Below the pieces are notes generated by a model that was not told where the DNA came from, ran no database searches, and saw only the letters and a list, made by a program, of their open reading frames with translations. 64,000 nucleotides of DNA, taken from contig MNCI01002384.1 in assembly GCA_015680685.1 (NCBI GenBank), positions 860,493 through 924,492 on the forward strand, read 5' to 3'. A program made the translations under genes and the position numbers. Below are positions 11,931 through 23,579 of this stretch, in pieces; the first letter of the stretch is position 1, and every line of letters begins with the position of its first letter. Source of the stretch: Gnetum montanum. Its lineage: Eukaryota; Plantae; Gnetophyta.

Positions 11931-14760
11931 TATAACAACTTGCATTTTAGATGTTCTAGTTAGTATATTTATCCATGTGCTTATGCATATGCTTAAATCA
12001 TGGTACTATTCTTTGATTATACTTTTTAGTTGGTAAATTTTCTAGATTTATATTTTTTATTTATGTATATGTTAATTTTATGCCTTATTTTATTTATGTA
12101 TTTTTAGTTATTATGCATTTACCTAGTGGATGAATTTGGAAAATTCTCATGAAGGCTATGGTATGGGTATGACATGAGCATGTGATGACATGGTTAATTT
12201 ATTTATGAATATATTATTTTATTTGAATAACTAATTGATATGGCATGTGATGTTTTCTTTTTCTCATGGTTTTGGTATACCCTGGGCTTTGTGGAAGGTT
12301 ATGTACATTACATAATATTTTTGTGGTAGATTTCTTTTAATATATCTTTAATTTTATAAATTAAGTTAGTTTTTCCACAATGAATTTTTTGGAGATTTTT
12401 CATAAAAACCCCACACTCCATTCAACTGGGTGCTTTAGTATCCATTTTTTTGGATGTGGAAGTTCTACTAGATTGAATACTTATAGTAGTAAATAGAGCT
12501 TTGATAGTTCATGAATGTGGTATAATGAGAGTTCATGGCTAAGTTCATGCTTTGCATATGGATTTGTGCTTTAATTTTTCAAGTGAGCAATCTTCATACT
12601 TTTCTTATTCTTTTTGATTCATAGGCTTATGCATATTTAGCATGAGATGGTTTTGTTTAATTTCTTTTAATATGTATGAACTATGTTTGGAATTTGGATC
12701 TTTCTTTGCATGCTTCCTATTGCCTAATTTTTATGCATAAATTCACTATTTCTTTTCTATTGTAATTTGTTTTTTCCTGATTTTAGGAAAATTGAGGTTC
12801 TATAAGAATTATCCTACCAACTATTTCATGATATGAATATTGCTCATTTGATCTATGTTATAATGTCAATTTGTTTCTCTTAGTATATACTCAATTGAAT
12901 TTTGACTATTTTGTTATATTCCAAGTGTTTCTCATCTTACAAGTTTACAACAAATTTTCTTAGATTTTTTCCCTTTGTAGTGCTATTATTTTATTGGTTA
13001 CATTTCTCCCAATTTGATGAGCTATTTATGATTACTTGATCATACCCTTAGTGCTTCCGATGTCTCTTGTTAATTTTCAATTTTTTGTAGGTCTTTTCAT
13101 GTTGTTTTCTACCTTTTCAATTTCTATGGTAAAACTACAATTTATTGTGAGACTATTGATGTTAACCACAAGTAATGGTTAGGTTGTGGTGGAGTTATGG
13201 TAAGGTCATGGTTGATCCTTCAACCATCCTTTACATTTCCAGACTCTTTTTTTTTTTTTTTTTTTTTGAAAACCTATAATACCACAAGTCATGGTCTAGT
13301 CATTACAAAGTGCTGGTCTATAATATGGGTCATGATAAAGCTATGGTCAAATCTTCCTTGTCATTTTTCATTTTGTGGGATTTCTAGTCAAACATGAGTC
13401 AGGTTCTAATCATGGTGAGGTCATGATCAAGCCTTCCCTACTATTTTCACTATTCCAAACAATTTCAAAAACTTCCTATCAACCATAGGTCATGGTTAGA
13501 TCATGGTCAATTCATGGTCAAGTGTTCTTATCTTAGTTTCTACTAGTGATATTTCTATGAATACCATGATTCATGGTTGGGTTGTGCTCAAGTTTTGATC
13601 AATCACCATAGGTTGTGATCAAGTCATTGTATTTCAGGTTTTGTCATTCTTAATCCCTTCTTGCCATTGGAGCTTAGTTTAACACATTTCAACAAATTTC
13701 CATCTCATTAAAAATATTTTATTAGACCTTAATGATATTGGTTTCAATTTTAAATTTGATTATTGGATCCTTCAAATCATTTAGACTTGTTGGTTGTTGT
13801 TTACATCCCTCCACTAGCAACGTTTGATTTGTCTTATTTAGTTACTCGTGTTGATACTATTTATTAGGAGCTGGCATTGAGTTGTGTGGATAGTTAGAGA
13901 TTGAATCCTTAGATATTTTTGGTATTTGATCCCTACTAGGATGCATTAGTGTGGCTTTTTTTGTAGGTCCCATTCTATACAAGAGGGTTCTCCATGGCTC
14001 ATTTCTCCTTTTTTTCAATGCCTCTTAGAACATTAAAGATGAGTCTTGGGTGTTGCCTCTAGTACTCATAGTTTGTTTTGAAACTAGTAAATAAATCCAT
14101 GTGTATGATAGGTTGGTATTTGGTTTGAAAATTTGCATAAGTACACATGATAACAATTTTCACATTTGAAACTAAGTACAATGCATGCTAGCCTCCCTTT
14201 TTGCAAGTTGATGAATGGAGTAGGAAATTTAGTTTGGTTAGATTTTGTTTGATGTTTGGAGTGATGTATGATGCATGGTCTATGATTTTTGGATTATTTT
14301 TATGTGTTGACTTATCTTGTTGGCTAGAATTCCTTCATCTAGACACCATGAGACTTCTCTTGGATTTATCTAGAGGATGTGCCAAGGTTTCCCACTCAAT
14401 GTTCACTAACTCTCTCTTGTATTTTTCAGGTAACCAATGCTAGGTGAAGTAAGAAAATCTTTTGGTATTTGCTATTGATTTTGGATTTCATGCATATTGA
14501 TTTTCTATCATTGGTCATTTATCTCTCAGCATATTTATGATATTTCATAGACTTGTCAAATTATTTCCTTTCATATATCATGTAAATGGATTATGGATTT
14601 TATGTATGATAGAGGGTGTTATAGTGTTGCTAGATATTTATGACTATATTTCAAATTTCAAATTTATATTTCCTTCATGTCCTTTTAGTTCAACTATAAT
14701 TTTCAATACTTGTATGTATGTATGTCTGTACATTCCTTTTATGCATGTATATTCTTTAAA
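11931..14760 (+). repeat. 3' LTR of the plus-strand Tekay element (right end degenerate or truncated)
   Basis: Starts directly after the PPT (TATAACAAC, from TGTAACA..). Inverted homologue of 1474-4542. Confidence 0.75.
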
Positions 14761-14786
14761 AATCAAATTTTTGTAAATAGTGCCTA

Positions 14787-15203
14787 CAAATTGTAGCACA
14801 TCACAACTAGTCTATGACAACACTACAAATTGCAACCCCTAGCACTAGTAAAACTTTCTAAATTTTCACCTTTATTCCTTCAATGAACTGCAAGTAATCA
14901 CAAATCAAAACCTCACATTATAATCTCTTGTGTTTGTAGTAGTATCGTAACTTCCTAGATATAACAAAAGAATTTACATTTTTGATTCAGAAACCAACGA
15001 CCATGGACTGCAACTCACAATTGCTCACAAAGGTAGACTATGGCCTCCTACAACTCCCAATAAGCTCACAATTACCTACACAATGCTAAAAACCACTTAA
15101 ATGACTTTTAAAAAGCACTTAAATCTAAACATACATGTCCTATGAGTCCTTAATACAATGAGGATACAAAATACATCAAAGAGGTGGGTCAATGTGCTCA
15201 TGA
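14787..15203. repeat. Partial LTR-like repeat related to 22776-23542
   Basis: Ends GAGGATACAAAATACATCAAAGAGGTGGGTCAATGTGCTCATGA versus GAGGATGTAAAATACATCAAAGAGGTAGGTTGATGTCCTCATCA at ~23499-23542. Both carry CTACAA/TTGCAA/AGACTATG motifs. Confidence 0.6.
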
Positions 15204-15388
15204 CTTTGGTATCTTCATTGGTGAAATGTTAAAAGGATTATAGATAGTTATGATCTTAAAAATAGATTTCACATTTTGAATCTTCTTCTAGATGCATATG
15301 ATGATTTCTTAATATTTATTACTACAAAAGATATGTAAAAAAAATTTAGGTTTTAAAAAATTACTGTTGTTCATTTGGTCTTGGAGTG

Positions 15389-16188
15389 TGATGAGTCATC
15401 ATTTAGTTCACCGCGATATCATGTACGTGATATCGTAGTCTGTCTCCTCATCTATAAATAAGAGGAGTCAGTTAGGAGATAGGAGCTTTTTGTCAATTTA
15501 GTTTAAGTGTTAAGTTTTAGTTCTTGTTTTTTTTCTCTCAACCCTTTTCGCCCCAGTGTATGCCCGCAGTGTGATGATTGTAATTGTACAACATCCTTAT
15601 TTGAGTGTGACATACTTGAACAGGCACATGACTGGAAATAAAGATCGAGATTACTTCATCATTGCAGCATTCACTTAGCTTAATCATTTAATTAATTGTT
15701 ATTTACTGCTTTCTTAGTTAATCTCTTCTCACCCTTAAACTTCTATTAAACGCCGAATGAGTACGACTTGATTACCAGCATTTAAGTGTAACTACCTGGT
15801 AACCCAGTAGCGTACCTAGGATCTACGCTTGGTAATCCTAGTGGTAGTCATACACAAAGTCCAAGATGTGTACGGATAATCAAGGAATGGATGCTCATCG
15901 TACTTAGGCTAGCTTAGACTCTCTCTCACCCTTTCTCTCTTAGCTTAGACAATATTACCTTCCATTGCCTTCAGGAGTAGCATTAGGTTAGAAACACATC
16001 ATACACTCCACTCTGGACTAAACCATACGTGACAAAGTTAATACTAGTCTAGGTGGGAAGACAGTGAACTGTGACCTAAGGCTAATTGTCTAGATTCTAC
16101 AACTAGTCCGTCTACAGAGTTCAACCAGATTGCGCATGTAATGCTTGTATTCGTATGGTTGAGTGTAGGGGTACCTCACCACTCATCA
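15389..16188 (+). repeat. 5' LTR (800 bp)
   Basis: Direct repeat of 21720-22523; CGATATC palindromes and TATAAATA at 15453. Confidence 0.95.
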
Positions 16189-16331
16189 TTGGCGCAGTTG
16201 CTGGGGATGGTGCTAGTTATCTAGATTAGTTATATCATACAAGGTTTCTGTAAAGGACTTAATGATATATCTTTTAGAAAAATAATAATTATAAAAAGGT
16301 CACATATCAATTCACACACAATTTCACAACC

Positions 16332-18300
16332 ATGCCTCTTCTACAAGATTATAATAATGCCACACCTAGTGAGGAAGTTCATTGGATAACCAACGAATTA
16401 TATGACAATGGAGATTGGAGTACGCAACTTGAGGTGGAGGTTTCTTATAAACATAAACAAAGGCAACATCGTCCCAACGCACGAAAGCATAACTTCCAAG
16501 ATGACGATGAACCCCTACTGGCCACTACAAGCCTAACGCAAATATAAGAGGGTGTTTGAATCTCCTGTAGGCATCTTAAAGAGAGTCATCTACCCAGGCT
16601 CGATTTAAACAACTTTCCCAATTTTTTCAGAGGCTATGACTTAGATTTGCATCAACATTTACAAGCCTTCTACAATGCATGTGCATGGAACAACATTGAT
16701 AACGGTTGGCAAAAACTCAAGATCTTCCCTATGACACTCATTGGCCAAGCAAGAGTATGGTATAGATCATTAAAACCAAATTCAATATGACGTTGGCCAA
16801 CAATGGTAGAACTCTTTAATGAAAGATATCCAACCTATGCAAGAGTCTCAACCTTGAGGAAACAAATACAAGAATGGAAACAAACATAACATGAACCCTT
16901 GGACATGGCCTTAGAAAGATATTATGCACTATTAAATAACTTTCCAGGCCATGGGTTCTCCAAGGAAAGGCTAATGTATCATACCATTTATGGGCTTCGT
17001 GATGCAACAAGAAAAACCCTAGGGATGTATGCCCAAGGTCAACTATATGAACTACGAACCCATCAAGTCTAAGAGCTTATTAAGCAGGTAGCAAAAGAAG
17101 AAGGAGAAATGGCTAGATGGGAGAGTGTTGAAAAACATTAACAAGACCAAAATCTCAACTTAACAAAGGTCCATAATCACAAAAAGGAGAAATCAACCTA
17201 CCATAAGGGGAAAGAACCATCTTTGCTGGTACAATAACCGTTAGAGGAAGTCGAGGAAAAGATCAATAGGATGTTGGAATGGATGCATAAAAAGTGTGAA
17301 GAATTTATTGATATCATTGGGGATAGATTTTTGACAACCCAGGAAGCAAGACAAAGTATTAGTAGACAATCGAAATGAAGGGATAAGGAAAATAAGAGCT
17401 CAACTGCCAATCATATGTATGAATGCACCATTTTCCTGTACGATCACCCCAAGGGCCAATGCCCAATCTTGTTACATTTATATGAGCATTGGGGAAACAT
17501 GTTACACCGAGAGTTCGTACAAATATACTGTGTTCAATCACAATGGCAACAATCCTAGTCGTGGGGGAAGCCACCCCTAAATTGGAGACACCCTTCATAT
17601 CATCCGAACCTAAACACTTATCTTGTTCAACATCCTATTTCCCCAACCGGGTCAACATACTCTACCTCGCCACATTACTATTCTCCTCAATACTATTATC
17701 CCATATCCTCAACACAACCACCGCCTTGTGCATCTTACACTTCTCCTAATTTTCAACATTCTCATCCTTTCCCTCCTTCTACATCACCACCAACTGTTCC
17801 TAAGGTGTCTACACCACAGAAACAACCCACAAATGCTACTTGTGCTACTAGTGCCAATAGCAGTGAGAGACCTCCTCAACATCAAAGGTGTCCCTTCTTT
17901 AGAAATGACCCTAGGAAGGGACAACACAATTCCAAGGCCACTGCATCCTCCAACTTAGCACAAGTCCAACCCTGTGATGCACCCTTATCTTCGAACCCAA
18001 TGCCTCATGTTACTTCATTAAGGCCACCAATTAACACTCCAACAACCATACAGCCCAATGAACAAAGCCATGGAGAGCAGCGTCCCAATCCTTGCATACC
18101 ATCTTATGGTCACAAACATCATAGTGGGTCAACTCGTTACTCGGGAACCACATCTCATAAATTTCCCCACTATGCTTACTATAACCAAGTGTGTGGAGCC
18201 CAATGGGGTAAATATGACAAAGTCTGAATATTTCCAACATGCAAGGATCCTCACCTTCCATCTATTAATCCTGGCCATACTCAACCGTTTAGTTATGGGG
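16332..18300 (+). pseudogene. gag: gag pseudogene (retrotransposon gag capsid, CX2CX3HX4C-type knuckle, Pro/His/Tyr-rich tail)
   Basis: DLHQHLQAFYNACAWNNIDNGWQKLKIFPMTLIGQARVWYRSLKPNSI*RWPTMVELFNERYP; knuckle CTIFLYDHPKGQCPIL (~17424-17470). Homologous to 48570-49500. Confidence 0.88.
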
Positions 18301-19674
18301 GATATCCACCATTCTAGTAACAAGCAGGATTAATAACCACTTTTTATTTTCTTTAATTTTACAACTTTTTGTTTTTCAATTTTTCATTTTTCAAATTTCT
18401 TGTTTTATCTTTTTATGTTTTTTTAAGTAATCTCATCTACAAATAAAACACTCATGTGGATCATTGGTTAAGGTGTGTTCTATGTTATCAAGTTTCGAGT
18501 AATCAATTATGTGGACAATGAGCCCATTACACCCACTCATCCATTCCCCAAATAAGAGGTTCTGTTCAAGGGTATAGTGATATTCTTGACATTCTTACAA
18601 CTTAAAATTTATTTTGTGTTCATTGTACCTAGAATGAAGAAGGATGGACCAAGAGGGAATGATTAGGGTGTGACATCAAGGGGACTTGCGGATTCTCTTT
18701 GGTGATGTCTGTGGGAGTTATCATGCAACATGGTTGTACTAAGATCCTTGTAGATCTAATGAAAAATGGGAATAAGAGTAATCAAAAAGGGCATTCAAAA
18801 ATCCAATGTTGTTCTAGGGGGTCCCACTAGAAAGACATGCACTCATGCCTGAAGGTTGGCAACTTCTCTGGATTCAGCAATCAAAACAAAAAGGAAAAAA
18901 AAAACAAAGAAAGTCCACAAAACAAAAATCACTCCTCCCTTGAACAAAATGCCAAGTGATCGTACGCCTTCTTGTTCTGGTACTCTCATAGTCACTCATC
19001 ATGGGTTGAAACAATGTGGTGTCACTGATCATAGGAATGGACTTGGTCCTGATCTTGGAACGACGGGTTAATGACATGTTAATCATGCTTTACAGGCACG
19101 ATTCCATATGCCCTGGGTCAGTTACCACATGTCCCAATCTCTATGATCCCTTCTATAGTTTGTCTCATCTCACTATTCGTGTAATTGTAGCTCGTGTCGT
19201 GTGTAATGTAGAATTCTTCCCTCATTCCGGTGATATTTACATGTGTGTGTTTTGTGGAATCAGTGAAGATTACATTTAACCATTCTAGTGCCCATGAACA
19301 CTTTTAAGTGTGGTTACACAAGGGCATTATAGGTTGAACCTGCTTTGGGGAGGATCCACTTGTGTAATCTTTTGTAATTTTCACTTATGACATAGCTCAC
19401 ACACAACATTTCTTACCCTCAGCCTATTTTTCATAACATTCTTTCCCTATTATTATTATCCCTCCGAATCAATGTTCCTATGTACCATCACATAGCCTTT
19501 TTCTCTACCACCTAAGGTCCTTATTGATAAAACCCATAGATCCTTATTCATGCCTTCCAACCCATCTAATTACCCTAGAACCCTTTCACACTAGCCACAT
19601 GTCCTGGATTTCCATTTTTAATTCCAGAAAAACCTTTAAAATTCAGTATTTTCCCTCAGGCCTAAACATCAATA

Positions 19675-19770
19675 GGCCATGATATTGTGTATGCGATATC
19701 ATGGCCAACGCGATATCGTGTACACGATGTATCGTACTCAATATCGCATCCCATGAACTTATAAATAGGT
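19675..19770 (+). promoter_or_regulatory. Putative internal promoter: copy of the LTR U3 GATATC palindrome array plus TATA box
   Basis: GGCCATGATAT-TGTGTATGCG-ATATCATGGCC palindrome. CGCGATATCGTGTACACGAT (19709) versus LTR CGCGATATCATGTACGTGAT (15412). TATAAATA at 19760. Promoter function is inferred. Confidence 0.6.
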
Positions 19771-20144
19771 GACCCCTTGCAACACTTAGCATCATTTTAA
19801 TTTCATCTGAACCTACTTGAACTCGGAATGTTCAGCTTAGTCATGGGGGAGGGACACCTACTGAATAGCGCCTAACTTTTTTGGAATTTATCATCGTCCA
19901 AAGGACATTATCCAGGGTAATTAGCTATAACATTTAGAATAATTGTGCCAAAAAAATCATTTAATCCCTTTAGGTACACCAAAAAATTAAAATTGGAAAC
20001 CACCTAAGTAAAATGGACTCATTATTGCAATCTTTCGGGCAATATCACATGGGGATAAAATAAATTTATTAATTAAGGTAAGAAGTAAGGTATAACTTAA
20101 TTTCAAAAACAACCTTACTAATGCTTGATCCCGTGTGATTGTAG

Positions 20145-21538
20145 ATGGCCCCGAAACATGGACAACAGAAAGGTCCTACTCAAGGTCGAAGCAAACAACC
20201 TAGGAGAGGTGAAGGACAAGTCCCTGCCAGACAACATGCAGAATAGGAGGAACAATCATTTAGTATTCATCAAGAGGACCCTCTTCCATATACAGAAATT
20301 AGAAAGTAAGGTTTAATACAAAAATTCAATCAAATCTCATTTCCATGAAGGGGAAGCTAGTCTTAATAGAAGTGAGGGTCGAGCATGCTGAAGGAGAGAT
20401 GCAAAAATTGCAAGAATAGCTCGTGGCCATACAAGCAGCACAACAGGACCCTTTGCAATTTGTTCCCATAGACTAGCTGGACAGTTTTAGAACTGAGCAA
20501 CTAACTAAGCTACTAACAAAGAATAAAAAGGTGGCTAAAGAAAAAGAGAAGGTACAAACTCATGCACATCTCAAGGCACTCAATGCCTTACAAGAAGAAA
20601 ATAAACAACTTGTTGCCAACAACCTTCAATTGACCTTTTTGGAAAAGCAAACTAATGTTCTCGAAGAACATTTCCATCAATTGCAAAAAAAATTCATCCG
20701 AGTCAACCAAGACATAAGCCGTTTAGCTAGGGAGAATAGAACCCTCTCAATGGAGGAGGTATGCACCATCCGCTAGAAGATAGCTATTGAAATCAGCGTG
20801 TGGCAAAATGAGGCTAAAAGACATGAAAAGCTAAAGGAGCACTTCCGAGACCAAGTGGGGATGTACAAACAGATCCTTGAAAAGAAGATCCATATAGCCA
20901 AGGCCCACATCAATGCTATCAATGCTCAACACACTGATTGGCGGGCCATATTGAACACATATGCATTTGTCCACCAAGTGGAAGTTAAGAACTAGGACCT
21001 GCAGATTCAGGATCTAATAGAATACATGGAGTTGGCAAACCTACGATATGCCAACCTTGCCATGTTAATAGCAGGGTGCCCAAGGACATAGCTCGAACAA
21101 CAAGTAGCCACCACCCACAGCAAATATGAAGCAGAATTTGCAGAATGCAAGAAGTTGTTGGAAAAACTGGAGATCACAAATTCTAAACTTGAGGTGGTGA
21201 AGGCAAGCTACCAAGGCCAACAATGTGTCACAACAGATTTGGCTCGATAGCTCATAGATTTTCAAGAGTACAGAGATAAAGCTAGAGCCTACGAAGAGGA
21301 ATGACGGGTGTTTGCGGCTTGGTATGTCAAGGCCAATCAAATGTTTCTGCAACTATCCTACCCATGAGAGGTGTCGACTCCATCAAACATCAAAACATTA
21401 GCATGGATGACATAGCATCCCCAGATAGAAGAGGAGAAACTCTAGGCCATACTTCAATGCCATCAAGTCCCAAGACCTAGAGCACAAGACAAGGGGAAAG
21501 CACCTATGGAGAAGCCACTGCCACCAGGAACTACATGA
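20145..21538 (+). pseudogene. Extra 3' ORF of the Athila-like element: coiled-coil protein of unknown function (few stops, at least one frameshift)
   Basis: MAPKHGQQKGPTQ... then a heptad-rich region (ORF-track 20531-20776 and 20798-20995), DLQIQDLIEYMELANLRYANLAMLIAG, FAAWYVKANQMF and DKGKAPME near the end. Clear protein homology to 57200-58226 and 61200-62300. Confidence 0.8.
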
Positions 21539-21719
21539 GTTTCACCAATTTTGTAGCTATAGCACATTTCTTGTGTTGTGTCTTTATTTTTTTTTGATTC
21601 CACATTGTAGCATAAACCCATGTTCACCATCCAATAATCCCGTACCTATTCATTATGTAATCAATGGAGCTTGTTCTCACTGTAACTCAAGGATGCGTTT
21701 TCACTCATTCGTGGGGGTA

Positions 21720-22523
21720 TGATGAGTCGTCATTTAGTTCACTGCGATATCGCATACGCAATATCATAGTCTATCTCCTCATCTATAAATAAGAGGAGTC
21801 AGTTAGGAGATAGGAGCTTTTTGTCAGTTTAGTTTAAGTGTTAAGTTTTAGTTCTTGTTTTTTTTCTCTCAACCGCCCCCCCCCCCCCCAGTGTATGCCC
21901 GTAGTGTGATGATTGTAATTGTACGACATCCTTATTCAAGTGTGATGTACTTGGACACACACATGACTAGAAATAAAGATTGAGAATACTTCATCATTAC
22001 AACATTCACTTAGCTTAATCATTTAATTAATTGTTATTTACTGCTTTCTTAGTTAATCTCTTCTCACCCTTAAACTCCTATTAAACGCCGAATGAGTACA
22101 ACTTGATTACGAGCATTTAAGTGTGACTACCTGGTAACCCAGTAGCGTACCTAGGATCTGCACTTGGTAATCCCAGTGGTAGTCGTACACAAAGTCCAAG
22201 ATGTGTATGGATAATCAAGGAACGAATGCTCATCACACTTAGGCTAGCTTAGACTCTCTCTCACCCTTTCTCTCTTAGCTTAGACAATATTACCTTCCAT
22301 TTCCTTCAGGAGTAGCATTAGGTTAGAAATACATCATACACCTCACTTTGGACTAAACCATACGTGACAAAGTTAATACTAGTCCAGGTGGGAAGATAGT
22401 GAACTATGACCTAAGGCTAACTATCTAGATGCCACAACTAGTCCATCTGCAGAGTTCAACCGGATCGTGCGTGTAACGCTCATATTCGTATGGTTGAGTG
22501 TAGGGGTACCTCGCCACTCATCA
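21720..22523 (+). repeat. 3' LTR (804 bp)
   Basis: Direct repeat of 15389-16188. Confidence 0.95.
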
Positions 22524-22775
22524 AAGTGAATGTGGATAAAACTAAATTAATGATCTGAGGTACAAGAAATACATTTTATAAGTTTCATTTTAGAGGTACC
22601 GATGCATAAATAGTAGATTTTTTTAGATATTTTGGATCTCATTTATATGAACAGTTACAATTGGGGAAAGGGCATCAAAGAAAGAATAACATGAAATTTT
22701 AAGGCTTTTTATTCTTTCAAAAACAAGTGTAAGGATTTAGAATTCTAGGGTTAGAAGGTTAAAAAACAAATTTGC

Positions 22776-23542
22776 TAGTAAGGATCACTCCCAACAAGCA
22801 TCCAAATTCCTTTAGAAACCAACAATGATGGCATCCAAAGATAATTAAGCATGAACAAAAAAGAAAACTTCTTTATTTAATGCCTAACATTAGAGCATAA
22901 TGATAGAAGAACACACAACAAAAATCTATAACAAGACCCAAAATAATCCTCTTTCACTCTCACCAATATCAATCACAATGGTCAAAGTAAGCAATCAAAA
23001 TTAGCCCCACAATTGAGACACTCTCATACTCACTAAATCTCCCAATTCTATGATGAAGTACAGTGACCACTTTAGAGACTCATCCAACCCTTTTATAGCC
23101 TTAAGTAACCATTTGTCTCCTCTTCAAAACCCATGCCTTTTAAATTTTAACTTTTAATCAAACTATGAGTGCTTGCAGGTTGCAACACCTTGCAATTAAC
23201 AAACTATAATGGGACTACAACTTGCAATCCTATGTATTGATAAATATCCACTATTTCTCACTAGACTATGACCTCCTATGTTTGTAGTAACTTCCCACTT
23301 TCCTAAAGATTTATGGTTTTCCCTTGGGCAATCAATTATAGTAGACTAAGACTTACAATTACTCACAATGGTATATTGCAAACTCTTGTGACTCAAAATC
23401 AATACATAGTTGCTTGGCCAACACTTAAATACCACTCAAGTGACTTAAACATAAGACTCAAACATCAATATATAAGTCTTACAACTTATACACATATTGA
23501 GGATGTAAAATACATCAAAGAGGTAGGTTGATGTCCTCATCA
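22776..23542. repeat. Probable solo LTR of another family
   Basis: Ends ...GTCCTCATCA with a degenerate inverted start TAGTAAGGAT. Right part homologous to 14787-15203. No convincing TSD. Confidence 0.45.
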
Positions 23543-23579
23543 ATTTTCAAACTATCATTTATCCTATTGTATTTTAAGG

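Larger units (their letters stand above)
15389..22523 (+). mobile_element. Non-autonomous Athila-like Ty3/gypsy element (gag plus extra coiled-coil ORF, no pol)
   Basis: LTRs 15389-16188 and 21720-22523 (TGATGAGT...ACTCATCA; very similar, differences mostly C/T and G/A). tRNA-Asp-type PBS TGGCGCAGTTGCTGGGGA (16190-16207). PPT-like GTGGGGGTA before the 3' LTR. TSD GAGTG/AAGTG. No PR, RT, RH or IN motifs seen internally. Confidence 0.93.
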
